This document shows positions 30,050 through 43,061 of a stretch of 64,000 nt of DNA, piece after piece. Under the pieces are notes generated by a model. That model was not told the DNA's origin. It saw only the letters and a program-made list of their open reading frames with translations, and ran no database searches. The DNA comes from Paramecium tetraurelia (Eukaryota). The stretch spans positions 1-64,000 of the forward strand of contig CT868666.1 of NCBI GenBank assembly GCA_000165425.1, given 5' to 3'. Both the position numbers and the translations under genes were made by a program. Numbering within the stretch: position 1 is the stretch's first letter; every line of letters begins with the position of its first letter.

Positions 30050-31087
30050 AATATTAAAATTTATCTTAAACAAATAAATGCGAATAGGATGACTTAGACT
30101 GATTGCCATGGATGGCTTATGTACAAATTACAAATTAAAACAGTTTAGAAGAATAATGTTTACCAGATCTTCTTCCATGTCACTTTTTTTGGTTCATCAA
30201 TTTTAATTGAATCGTTATTAGTGTAATCTAATTGAATGCCTCCTCGTAAGTTATCATCAAAAACTTGATGTGTTTGTTATTGACTCTCGTATAGAATCTG
30301 CGTTCGAGGTCCTCCCTTTTTCTCAATATTAGTTAATAACTTCGTCAAAGTTTTGTCATTTTGGTAGATGCCCTCCATCTCCTTTCCAAGTTAATCATAA
30401 TTTACTGATTTCAAAGTTTTGAGAATGCCAAATTTGATCTCTCCACAATCGTCTTGAAACTTTATAACGTTAAAATTGGCTAATAAATCAAGACACCATT
30501 CTTACATTGATTCGGAGAGCTACTCAGCTATCGCTAAGGCATTCCACCATTGCTATAATTCTTAGAATATTACGATCTTTTGTTGTCTCCCAAGAAACTC
30601 ATACCAGAATCCTACTTAATGTGTTGTTGTCCCCTTTCTGTCGTATTTTGGGGTCCATTAATGTTCTCATTGGACAGGCGGATCTATTTGGGTGTCATAC
30701 TGGAGTTGCTCTCATGAATCGATGGAATGGCTGGTAGATATTGAGGTTATTGTTCCATTTCTTGATCTATTTTGTTCGTGCATTCTTAAACTTGAGTATT
30801 CAAAATATTTATCTATGGGATGTAGGCTTTGTTTGGTTATTTGCTATAATATCGAAATACCAGAAACAGTGCAGCTGCTATAGTTAAATCTAATGATGTA
30901 TGTTTTGAAAATATTTACATCTCAAATTTCCTATCATTCTTATTTCAATCAAAAATATGCTTATGTTGCAAATAGAAAACAAAAGTGAAATCTTCTTTTT
31001 ATTCAATTCTCGGTCATATAAATAAAATAAAGTGATCACAGAAGAAAATAATAAGATCAACTAAAATTGCAGAAGCTCTTTATTCAT
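30050..31087 (-). CDS. Hypothetical protein with N-terminal TM segments (3' end uncertain)
   Basis: Open frame from MNKELLQFQLILLF across two canonical introns (29 and 26 nt). Confidence 0.55.
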
Positions 31088-31323
31088 GATTTAATTATTA
31101 TTTCCTTTATATTTATTTAATCTATTTCTAATTCAACGATTATTCCTAAAATATCCTTTTACACATATGACTCAAATTAAATTAAACTGAATGGTTAAAT
31201 ATCACCTCTAAATTGTAGTATTCCCCCAACACACAACTTATCGTATATATTGTTCCAAAGAAATTTGAAGGTTTCCAAAAAGGAAAACTGATTTCTAATC
31301 CATTATTACATTTAATTATAAAA

Positions 31324-32466
31324 ATGACTGAGTATTATGTATTAAAGAAAAGTCTCCAAACCTTTGAAAATTACGGCAAGACCCAAGAAATCAGACATCA
31401 ACTCCTACAGGGAGACACCCAAGTGCTCAAGAATATCATCACACTTCTCATCACCATTCTCAAAGATCCCAAAACCGATCCAATCATGATGCTCCAAGCT
31501 GTCAGAGTAAACAATCACGCCATATCCCTTAGTTTAGCAAAGACTGCATGGAGACATTCAATGATGATTTCATCAGTCAATTCTAATTGGAAGTCTTGCC
31601 GTATTTTGAGTCAATGGCCATGTTTGAATATAAAAGCGAAGCCCATGATAGAGGCCAATTCTACTTTAACAAAGAGCCCGATCCCTACACAGCAAAACTC
31701 GGAAATACATTGTTGCATTTGGTTTTGGAATGCATATGGGTTTGGGCCAAATGGTTTCCCATGGATCCAGACTGTCTGAAGGTGTCCTGCTATAGAATTA
31801 CACTAGAAAAGTTATGCATTTTGGGAGTAAGATTCAATAAGATCCTGTACTTCAACAAGCTATTAATTAAGCGTCACTTGCCAGAATGTATGGTACCAAT
31901 GAAAATTATTCAGGAATTAAGAAGAGCTGTTAAATTGGATTTATAATAGTATGTTCAAATTTTGATTTAGGACCTTTGGTAATGGCAGTTCCAGTATCAT
32001 TATTCAACAAAGATTGAGTCAACTCTTGCCTCAAGAAATGGCCAGAGATGAGAGTCAAGAAGTCTTTTATTCTGATATGATCAGGCGATTATACCGTCAG
32101 CATCTAAAGAATGAAAGGAAATTGGCTCCAAAGAAGTCTGGACAGGATGAATCTTTTGTTTATGTGCCTGAGGAAAAGGAAAACAACATTCAAAATCAGC
32201 AAATGCTTCAACTGAATGCCATCATCCAAAAAACCCAGACAGACTTCATGTCAACCATAATTGAAAAATAAGAGCTCCAAAAATAACTCAGAGAGCAACA
32301 AGAAAAATTAAAACTGATGCAATAAAGAATAGAGATCCAGGATGAACGCTTGAAATACTACGAAGGCGATAGACCATTCAGATCCCAATTTTACCAGTCT
32401 CGCTTTGTCTAGTCCAATAATCAATCAGTCTAGCAATCATTTACCCAGCAACAACAGCATTTTTGA
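31324..32466 (+). CDS. Hypothetical protein with helical N-domain and C-terminal coiled coil
   Basis: ORF-track segments joined by small introns (first near 31507-31532). Ends QQQQHF*. Confidence 0.7.
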
Positions 32467-33207
32467 TATCTTCTATTTATTCATCATCATATATGTCTTA
32501 CCAGTGTTTTTTTTCCAATACCCAAAAAAAATACTTAAAAAGATTTCTTAAAAACTTTTCAGAAGAAGGCTCCAAAGCTCTAGATCCGAAAACTTTCAAT
32601 CAATAGCAGAAAAGGAAAAGGATGAAATTATATCTATGTTTGTTTAATGAAATCCTAGAAACATTCATATCAATTCTTCCATTTTTCTTAATCTCTATCA
32701 ATTTCAAAGAAAGCAACATTCTTTAAGTTGCTAATTGTTTACTGAATTACAAATTTCTACTTTTGGATGTAACTCTCTATTCTACAATATTTTTAAGAAT
32801 AATTTTATAACATCAATTACATCGGGCGTCAACCTGATCTTAAAAGAAGGCTTTCCACTCACATAGTCCTCTTAAAACTTATGATAAGGGACTCATCAGA
32901 GCCTGTACTTGCAGGTATCCATTATCAGAACAGTTCATTTGTTATGGTAAGTGAAATCAAAAAAAATTTGTCTGATTGCTTAAATTTTCTTTTATGAACA
33001 AACTTCAACTTTTTACAAGCTCAGAGCCCCAAACAAGTTTACAAAAGATCCTCTACCCTTAATTAACTTTAGATTAAAAATTCTGGAATCGTATCTTCGA
33101 ATTACATAAATAAACTCTTATTTCAATAATTAAACTCAATAATATACCGTCAGGGGTTCATAACCCCGTTAATTAAGAATGAAAAAAATATAATTAATTT
33201 ACTTGAA

Positions 33208-35439
33208 ATGAAAATCATCAAAATTTTACTACTCCTTTGCATTGTCTCTTCAGTGTTCACACAACTTACTCAAGGTGCTCCAACAGGTGGCCAAAGTAAG
33301 ATCTTTAAATCTATATCATTTTAGGCGGCTCTGGAAGCTCTAATCCCACATAAGGTGCCCCTACTGGCCAACAAGGATAATAAAATACAGCTGGTATCTA
33401 AATATATCTTATCATTTCTAGGTGGATAACAATAAGGTGGCCAATAAGGCGGTTAATAAGGCGGTTAACAAGGTGGATAACAAGGTGGATAACAAGGTGG
33501 ATAATAAGGCGGTTAACAAGGTGGATAATAAGGTGGCCCATAGACCGGAGGAAAAGCCAAGAAATGCTAACCAACACAATCATAATCAGGATAGCAATCA
33601 GGATAACAATCAGGATAGCAATAAGGACAATAATAAGGATAATAATAGGGTTAATAATAAGGACAGTAATAACCAAGCTCATAAACCCTCCCTGGAAATC
33701 AACTTCCAGGTCAATAAGTTTAATAATAACCATCAGGAACAAACTAATAACAACCAAGTGGTACTTAACAACCAAGTGGTACTTAATAACCAAGTGGAAC
33801 CTAATAACCAAGTGGTACTTAATAACCAAGTGGAACTTAATAACCAAGTGGAACCTAATAACCAGGTGGAACCCAACCATAACAACCAAGTGGAACACAA
33901 TAATAAGGTGGAACTCAACTACCAGGTGGATAATAAGGTGGTTAATAGACAGGACAAACTGGTTCAGGATAAGGATAAATGGGTCAAGGATAAACTGGTT
34001 AAGGATAAGGATAAATGGGTCAAGGATAAACTGGTTAAGGATAAGGATAAATGGGTCAAGGATAAGGTTAAGGACAAATGGGATAAGGTCAAGGATAAGG
34101 CCAAGGATAAGGATAAGGATAAGGATAAGGATAAGGTTAAGGCCAAGGATAAGGATAAGGATAAGGCCAAGGATAAGGATAAGGTTAAGGATAAGGTCAA
34201 GGTTAAGGACAAGGATAAGGACAAGGATAAGGTCAAGGATAAGGACCTTAAGGACCTCCTTAATCAAAAGGATAATGGAATTAAGACTCAGAGCAACAAG
34301 AATAATGTGTTGAAGTCGAAGTTAGTTGTGCTGATACTGAAATTGTGTTCAAAGATAGATGTGTTGCCGCAACATGCGAAAACTTGGACAAAGTTCAAAG
34401 CAAACAAGAAGGTGGAAAGAAGAAGCTTCCAATTAAAGTTGATGGAAAAGCTGACTTCAATGACAATAAAGATGTTGTCGTATAATTAGCATTCCCTGAT
34501 AACAAAGACAAACCACTTGTTAAATCAGATGGAAATGCAAATGCTTGTGTTGAAAGAGCAATTTACAGATATAGACCAAGTTTCTTAAGTGAAACATTAG
34601 ATGATACAACTGTCACAAGCAGTTATGATGATGATAAATAATTAAGAATTTGGGAATTCACAATCTTGAATGCAGATCTTGATAGCAAATTGTTCAAAGA
34701 TGAATAAACAGATAAGATTGTTTATACTGGTTACTATTCAGTTAAACTTACAATCTAAGAAAAGAAGTTAGCTCAATTCTTCTTTACATTCTTTGTAGCA
34801 GTCGACTTAGATGGTAATGTTTTAACAGCTTAAGCCACATCTGATGCTTAAGATGATACTCCTGCTTGCGCAACTGAAGACAATTGTGTTTCAAGAGCTG
34901 AAACTGAAGTAGGATTTTGCAGTGACTAAACCTGTTAAACTCTCGTTGATTAACCATAAGTCTATGCAGGATAAAATTTCTATGTTGTCCAAAGAGTAAA
35001 ATAAACTGGATTTGAAAAATGGAAAGTCGGAGATGCTGATGTTACTATCACCGGTGATGGAGTCAACAAGAAATTGAAACCTGCTTCTCAAGATAAGCAA
35101 GCTGGATAAACTATTTACACATTAAATGTTGACATTCTTGCTAATAATGTTGAATTCTCAGTCAATGGTAAACTTGAAGATCCAACTGCTGCTCGTAGAT
35201 TCAGATTTTTAGAAGATGCTACAACCACCGATGGTACTGAAGTATCCTCTGCTAAAGCTGTTGGTTCAACTACCTTAGAATGCATTAAGAAGGATGCTAA
35301 CTCTTCATGCCCAACCGCTGACGAAGCCAAAGCATACAATAAACCAGATTGCGGAACTATCGGATAAGCAGAATGCGAAAGCAACAATGGATACATCTGG
35401 TCATTTGTGATCTTAGCTGTCTTAATGTTAGTACAATGA
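33208..35439 (+). CDS. Secreted, probably GPI-anchored 724-aa protein: Gly/Gln-rich repeats plus a Cys-containing beta-rich (ZP-like) module
   Basis: Signal peptide MKIIKILLLLCIVSSVFT. Introns 33296-33324 and 33394-33421 keep frame to TGA 35437-35439. RRFRFLED at 35194 and hydrophobic C-terminus. Confidence 0.85.
33422..34260 (+). repeat. Coding tandem repeats: GGQQ, SGQQ, QQPSGT (18 bp), GQTGQGQGQM (30 bp), (GQ)n (GGATAA)
   Basis: Visible DNA periodicity. The long ORFs the track reports here are off-frame or antisense shadows. Confidence 0.95.
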
Positions 35440-35539
35440 TTAATTATTTACATCATAAAGCACATACACAATTTACATTCTTTTTATATATTATATTATA
35501 ATAATCCAAAATTATTAATAGAAATTATAAAAAGAGATA

Positions 35540-36781
35540 ATGATAGGAATGCAATATCAGAGTTATTAATATTATAGTTATGGGAATCTGAAGGAATTGT
35601 AGGAAATAATAAAGGTTGATGGAATTGGAATAATGAATATTGATGAAGATGAATAAATAATCGAATATTAGATAGATCGATCAAAATGTGTTAGATTAAG
35701 TGATCTCATATATATGATTGTAATTTATATACTTATGCATTATTAGACTTATAACTTTCTTAGATTTCATTTAGGATAACTATTAGAGTTATTTGCTCAA
35801 TTATTAAAGAAAGTCATTTCATAATAAGCTTAAAATCATATTTAGCATTAATACTTAGATACCAATAGAATATGGTTGGTATTTAAAAATGAATCTCCTC
35901 GTTTAAGCGTTGTTTATACTAAAATTGATTATACAATTGCTTTTACAGGTTATCAATGTTAATTATTTGAAAAAGGACCACGCGACACCAAATCAGCAGA
36001 TGAATAAATCTAAAATATTATAAAAGCCATTTTGAAAAAATTTAAGAAAGATAATATATTTTTCAATCCTTCTAAAAAAAATGAAATTGACAATCAGATT
36101 TATGATCCAATTATCTAAGCTTGTGATAAACTTTGCATAGAAACTACTTTCGAAGTAATCATGTAACTATAATCTAAATATGAACTTAATAAAGTATAAT
36201 AAACTATTTAATTGGACATTTAATTAGAGAATTCAAAGGTTGATCTTGCAAGAAATTAAAATCTACCCAAAATTGAGTAATAGTTGAAAGCTTATATTTA
36301 CGCTTTAAAATCTGAGACTATATTTGACTTGGAATTCATTATTTTGACTTAGATAGAAAATATGATAGTTCCTCTTGAAAATCCTAAAATCAATTTCAAT
36401 AAAATAGAAGAGCATAATGAGTATTTTAAGGAAGTGAAATCAATTTAACAAAAAACTTACATCAAACGAAAGGAATAACTACAAAGTTGTATTTAATAAA
36501 TTATTGAGGATGCCTTAAAAAAAATGTTGGAAGATTATAAATTTGAATTCAAATAAGAAGAAAAGTAAGAATTAAATGAGACTGTGGTAAATAGAATTTT
36601 AAATCTGAAATTGAATAAATATTTTTATAATTCTCCGCATTATCATTTAAAAATAAGCGAAGAGAGTTTGTTATAATAATAATTAAGTTTACAAAGTAAA
36701 CTTATTTAAAAAGTAGTAAATGAAGAAGTTTAAATGCTCATTTATTATCATATATTACTATTGATTGATGATTTAATTTGA
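35540..36781 (+). CDS. Pseudokinase-like protein, family member A (404 aa)
   Basis: Open from MIGMQYQ to LLLIDDLI*, probable intron 35720-35746. HLGQLL..IQHQYLDTNRIWL..IAFTGYQC aligns with members B and C. Confidence 0.7.
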
Positions 36782-37152
36782 ATATTTTTAGTAATTATAA
36801 AGAATATACATTGTTTTTCTATCTTTCTAGTTATTTGAATTGATACATTTTTAATAGACAAAAATCATTAGTTTTAAGATTATGCAGTAATATTACACAT
36901 AATCATCTAGAGAACATTATTAGTTGTTTAAAGAATAGCAAAAATACAGAACATTCTTTTAATTTTATTCTTATACTCATATCTTATGAATGTAACATAG
37001 ATAATATAAAAGAATGGGTAGTCTGCAAAGATTATATTGAGTGTGATTTCTAAATATTTTGATAATTCTATCTTTAAATATAACCATAAAGTTAAGAATT
37101 TGTTTATAGCTTAAGTTCGGCAATTAATTATCGAAATTTTAGAATTTTAGTA

Positions 37153-38388
37153 ATTAATAGAAATATAATAATAATAGATGTTAAATTTATTTTATGATTG
37201 TGAGGAAGTGTATAGCTATGAAAATAAAGAAATAATAGAAAAAGTTATAGAGTTTGACTCAATAGGAGAAGTTAATTTAGATGAAAACAATAAATCAATC
37301 ACATATAAAATAAATCGCAGATAATGTATTCGATTAAGAGATTTGATATTTTGGATTGTATTTAATATTAATATTCATTATCTTTAATAGGAATCAGACT
37401 TTGTACGTATTCATCTAGGATAATTGCTGCATCTAATCATACTATTATTACAATAAGTATGTTTAATTGAATCTCGTGGGAATTGAACATGATTATCTTG
37501 ATTTAAGTAGAATTTGGCTTCATTTACGTAGTAATAGTTAGCATCCAAGTCTTATTTATCAAGTTTTGTATTATTCAATTCATTTTACAGGATATTAATG
37601 TCCATTTTATCAAAACCAATATCCTTTATAAAATGCATCTATTAAAGTCAAAGAAATAATATAAGTTATCTTTAATCGCTGTTTTAATAAAATTCATTTA
37701 AAATGGACTAATGTAGACAAAAGGAATGAAATATATAATTCAATAGTAAAACCAATAATAGATTTATGTAAGTCCAATTCAAATAATATTGAAATCATTA
37801 CTTGTATTTAAGATAAAATGAAGAAATACAATTATTAAGATAATCTAAAGAAAAACCTCATTTAATTTTTGGATATTGATGATTAATGTAATGATTATGT
37901 TGGATCTAACAGGCAAAAATCTATTCCAAAGGTTAATGAAGATTTAACACGAATCTTATCATTTGGAAGTTAATATGGTTAAGTTACTATTGAATATTTG
38001 TTATCAGAAGCAATTCCGATGATGAGTTAACATTTGGAAAACTATTCAAAACCTAAATTTGATTATTTTAATAAAGCTTAACAATTTTATCAATCTATTT
38101 AGACAAATTAAAACAAGCTCAAAGTTCACATTCAAAAATAAGTTTTGAATTTGATTCAATTTGGATTAAAAGAAAAAGAAAAGGACTATAAATTTGATAT
38201 AACTCAAGATGAAATCAAATAACTTGAAGATCAAATTATAAGTTCAATATTTCAATCTCCATACATTCAATATTTTAATAACACTTATTGGTTATATACT
38301 AAAAACGAAGAATATATAAATTATCAATTATCAGCAGCATAAAAATTTATCAATAAAGAGGTATAAGAATAAGTCGATCTATTATTTA
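37153..38388 (+). repeat. ~1.24-kb direct repeat, copy 1 (copy 2 at 47606-48839)
   Basis: Long stretches match the second copy base for base. Confidence 0.95.
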
Positions 38389-38426
38389 TGATAAATATCC
38401 TAACATTGATTAGTGAGCTAATTTGA
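37178..38426 (+). CDS. Pseudokinase-like protein, family member B, with +1 G at 37478-37480
   Basis: MLNLFYDCEE..HLGQLL..GIEHDYLDLSRIWL..IHFTGYQC..LISELI*. Intron 37358-37390. Confidence 0.68.
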
Positions 38427-38929
38427 ATAAATATTTAAACGTGATTCAATTACAAAATTTTACACTTTGTAATATTTATTTATATTTATTATTTTTAAAA
38501 CCTAAAATTTTGATTCTTTCTGCTGAGTAATGTGATTAAGATCTTATATTTAATTTTAAATAGGTATAAAGCCAAATATTCAAATAGGCGTTTTGATAAT
38601 TTGTATATTTAAAGTTTGTTGTGATCAAGCATTTAATAAACTGTTATTTTTATGCCTTATCTTTATTTTAGTTTAATTTTTCCATCATATAGTTTACAAT
38701 ATAGAATCGCTAATAATTCCAAAAATAAAGAAATTTGAAAGATTAAAATGAAGTCATCAAAAACATATTTAAAAAATCACTTTGGGAAGGAAATTCTATA
38801 TTGTAAATTAGGAAGACCCAAAAAGTGAAAAATAGCAGTAATAAAAATAAAGAAAGTAAATTGAATGATTTAATAATAATGTGATGAAAAACTATTTATA
38901 TTAAAAGGCAAGTTAAAAAAATGTAAAAT

Positions 38930-40978
38930 TCACAAATTTTATATGTTGGTCATTGGGGCTAATTTCCTAGTTTTATTAAATTTAAAATTCGAATTAAGTC
39001 GACCAGGCGATATAGGAATTGAGGAGCTTCGTTATCTAGAGGCTATAGGCTATGTATTAGGCTATAATGTGTTCTGTTCTTAATCTAAAAATTCTTATTT
39101 AGCCTATCTCAATAAAGTTGTGCACATTTCTAATAATTAATCTCTTTTAAATGACTTTCCATCAACCAATATGTCAGATGGGTGATATGCTAAACATGCT
39201 AGTTTAAAGCATTATAATAATTAAATAGATTGACCTGAACAAGAAAGGCATTCACCATTTAATTATATCGATGGTCCTTTCTTATTTTAGCCAGTATAAA
39301 CAAGTCCTCCATCAATTTAAGTGTCCTTAGCTCCCATAAGCTAAATCCCTTATCTGTCAATTTCATCTTGAATCAACAAATGTGTTATTAGGACTAAGAA
39401 ATGAAGTATTGTTTATAAGGTCTTTTTAAATTGTTTGACTTACTCAAAGACGAGATCATTTGGATTTGAGTTGTCTTGACTTAATGCTTTCTTAAGGTTT
39501 TCTTCTAAATTTTTAATTTAATTAGTAGTTGAATTTAATAGTTTTTAATTGTTACTTTGGCATTATGAGATATTAAGGGATATTTAATCATTAGTTTCCT
39601 TTTGATTTTAGACAAGTTGCTTTTTGATATTAATATTCAATTATTTTAGTTCATCAATTTCTTATTAAAATTACTCTTTCATTTATTTGATTTGATCTTC
39701 GTAATATATTAAATTGGAATTATTGGATTATACAGAGTTTTTTTTCTATTATTGCATCATGGCTGACTATTGGGCATCCTTAGAATAGATACTCTCTTTT
39801 CTATGATTGTTAGTGGAATCCTATCTAATTTGGATACTATGTTGAATGTTTGTTCTTTAACTTCTATTATCACTATCCATATCAGAATCTGAAGAATGCG
39901 AGTCCTTTTATTCTTTTTTCTAATTCATAAATATCATTTGACTGATTCTTGAGTTTCTCTTCATGACCTCAGCCAATGCTTTGCTGTATTCATCTATAAG
40001 TATTTGAATATTCGGATCACCGCTATACTCTAATAGTTATTTGTCTAGATAATCAAATTTTTGTTTTTCGAATTAAGTAAATTTATAAAACAACTTTAAA
40101 GGTAGACAAGTGAATAAGGAGTCGCTGATCTGTGCCTGCATGTACATTGGCAAATAATAGATAAGAAACATTTAGACTTATTTATTTTTGTTGATCAATT
40201 GGTCTACTTCTAGAATTTGTTTTTTCAAAGTTGTAATCTACACATCTGCTTTAATTAATCGTGTGTCCATCACTTCGAAAGTGTTTATGTTTTGAGTTTA
40301 TTTTTTATTAATATCTAGAATGGAATCCTAGATCTGTTTTAATTTAACCTACTCTTGTTTAACTATATTGATTAGATCAGAATGCTTATTATCAACTTTA
40401 CCAAATGATTGTTCAATTTCAATAGCAGTGAGTTTCCAATTTTTTGTACTTTCTGTTAAATCTGAGGACAATTGCTTAATGATTTATTCAACACTGGATT
40501 TGAAATTGTCATTTTTTATTTGAATATCTTGAAGATCTTATTCTAGTTTGATTTTGAAATACTCAAGAGTTCTAACAGACTATAAAAATTTTTAGATCTC
40601 ATTATCAGTGCTATCAAGACTTTGTTTGAAGTTGCCAAATTAATCAATCGATTCTCGCTTTTATTGATCGAGTTTCATTTCTAAATCCAAGAATCTTTAT
40701 TTGAAATCTTCAAAGATGGGTATGCCAGCTCCCTGATTTAAGACGATGTCTCTTAAATAAGTAACCTCCTTGTTATTGGTCTTTAGATTTTATTGTAACT
40801 CATCCACGATCATTCGATCTTCATGCATTTATTTTAATGTTGGTTCCATTAATTTCTGAACAAACAACCTAATTTTGGTTTCTACTTCAAACCATTCAAA
40901 CTCTCTAATCTTATAGCTTTATTGCTATTTGATTTGTTCTGTCAGTTTTGCCGAGTTACTATTTTAACTATCAAACAT
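38930..40978 (-). CDS. Hypothetical long coiled-coil protein with C-terminal CLSC/LACLAY motif
   Basis: MFDSQ..EWFEVETKIRLFV, coiled coil, then CLSCSG..FKLACLAYHPS. Confidence 0.7.
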
Positions 40979-41366
40979 CTTGTAATTAATTTTTATATCT
41001 ATAATAATAGTTATATAGAAAACATTTCTCAAAACCTTTTGATTAACCACTTTGTCTTCTATTTCTCATAATCCTTTGTTCTAATAATGAAGAGTTTGTG
41101 TGTATCTTAAATTAAACTGCCAATATGGATAGGAAATTCCTATCCAATTTTCAAAGTACTTATAACAACAAAGAGCGTAATCAATTTATACAAGGTTTTA
41201 TAAACTAAAGTTAAAAGAGTCAATACTAAATGTCTCATATCATTTTAAGAGTATGATAGAATTGTGAGTATTCTGGAAGTGCTGGTTTTTTAGTGTTGAG
41301 AAGGCAAAAATGAAACAGTAAATTTCAATGGATTTATAAAGAAAGAGTATAATTATAAAGCAATCA

Positions 41367-41573
41367 TCATATAGACATTGGCTTTTGTTTTTGTCTTCTT
41401 AACAGTATTGGATTTTTCTCAAGGCAATAAATCTGCTTCTCTTACTTGGTATCGAAATTAGTCTTAGATTTGGTGAATTTTTTACTCCAGCTGATGGTGT
41501 ATTCATTCATCAGTCCAGGGTTGGCATAAAAGAAAGGCGGATGCTTTTTTGATTTTGTGCTTTGACATCCCAT
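41367..41573 (-). CDS. 68-aa putatively N-acylated microprotein
   Basis: MGCQSTKSKK (myristoylation/palmitoylation-type N-terminus) ... CLEKNPILLRRQKQKPMSI*. Confidence 0.6.
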
Positions 41574-42259
41574 TTTGAGATTTCTTAAAATTATTTAAAT
41601 ATTCTGAACTTATAATCAATAAATATATCTTATCATCCAAAGTAGTGGATATAATTTAATAAATAATAAATTATCTAATTCAAAGATTTACTCTCATATT
41701 TTAATTATTAGAGCGGGTATTATACCCAAAATTTATAGAAATGCTTAAATCTATTCATTACTAAGTATTGTCATAAGATTTAAAATGGATTTATTTAGTT
41801 TGAAGAAAATCTAATGATAAGTGCTTTACTAAAAGGATTAATAATTATTATTAGAATTTAATTTGTAATATTAAATTAATTGTATTTTTCACAGAATTTA
41901 ACTTAGAAGGCAAATAGACAGTTTATCTTAAAGGTTTAGTGTAATTAAACTAAATTGAATATAATTAATATTAGTATGCTGACAATTCTAATTTATTCCA
42001 AAAAAATATCTATCACAAATTTTAAAGTGCTTTTCAAATAGCAAAATTATAAGATGGCTATGGTTGTCCAGTGATTTCTTGGTTCTTTTTATTAATGATA
42101 AAATGAATATATATTTGGGATATAAGACTAAGAAAAAAGACAGAACTTCTAGATTGAGCCATCTAAATTTTGGAATAAGATTATGTTTATGATTTTAAGA
42201 AGACATCAACAAAGCTACTTTTTTGATTCTTTAGTTATAATTAAAATTATATATAATTT

Positions 42260-43022
42260 TCATAATCCAAGTTTTGCTAAAATTTAGGAATCTTTTATTT
42301 CAAGAGCTTAATTGATGACGTCTCCCAACTGTTGTTTGGATTGTATTAATTAATAGGCATTATTCTCGTATTGGAATTTAAGTTTATTGATTTATTGCTT
42401 TCTTTGTTACAATTCGTGTTGCAATTATTGAATACTAGTGGCTAGTTCAGCATTTTCCATATCAATTTATGCCCATTTCATTTGACCTTAGACATACTAC
42501 TATTCTAATTCTTTGAGACTGTCATTTCTATTAGTAAGGTGTGAGAGATCCACACAACTGTGAAAGACATCTAGTGTATCATGTTATTTGACTCGAATGG
42601 CTGTAGTTTATGCATTTTAGAGCTAATGAATAGTAGGGAGATCATACATCTTTAAGGGTTCTGTAGAGTTAACTGAATTGATGCAACTAATTCTAAGACT
42701 TAAAGTTTAACCATTTTCTAACTGCTTGACAATTGAATTCTTAGTCATTTTATTCCATAATTAATGTGTTTGGATTGATGCAATTCGCAATAACTATTTC
42801 CAAACCTCCTGATCCACTAATTTTTTTGATTCCTAGAATGTAATTAGGTTTACCTTTCCTGAGAATATCTTTGTAATGTATGTATTCTATGGATTTGACA
42901 CTTTCATCCTAAAATATGTACAATTCAACATCTTCATTTTTGAGATAGTGTTCACTCTTGATTGAGTGAATCTTCTCATTTTGTACAGCCACTATTTCAC
43001 AGCCTTTGGACAATATTTTCAT
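42260..43022 (-). CDS. Hypothetical protein with C-terminal coiled coil
   Basis: Open frame across two canonical introns (21 and 25 nt). Ends ILAKLGL*. Confidence 0.65.
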
Positions 43023-43061
43023 TTAATATTTAAAGTATGCATTTATTGAAATTATATAAAT

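Noticed and set aside
32493..33182. Possible plus-strand gene starting MSYQCFFSN
   Set aside because: Frame closes early under the plausible intron choice and no domain was recognised. Left unresolved
33750..34260. Possible CRISPR array, satellite or telomere-like repeat
   Set aside because: No unique spacers, units are codon multiples within a CDS, and they are not C4A2/C3A3 telomeric repeats
33398..34489. Long ORF-track proteins (DKDKDK, RIRIRI, LILILI, SLSLSL)
   Set aside because: Off-frame and antisense readings of the Gly/Gln repeat. The true frame is full of TAA=Gln and joins the signal peptide to the globular domain
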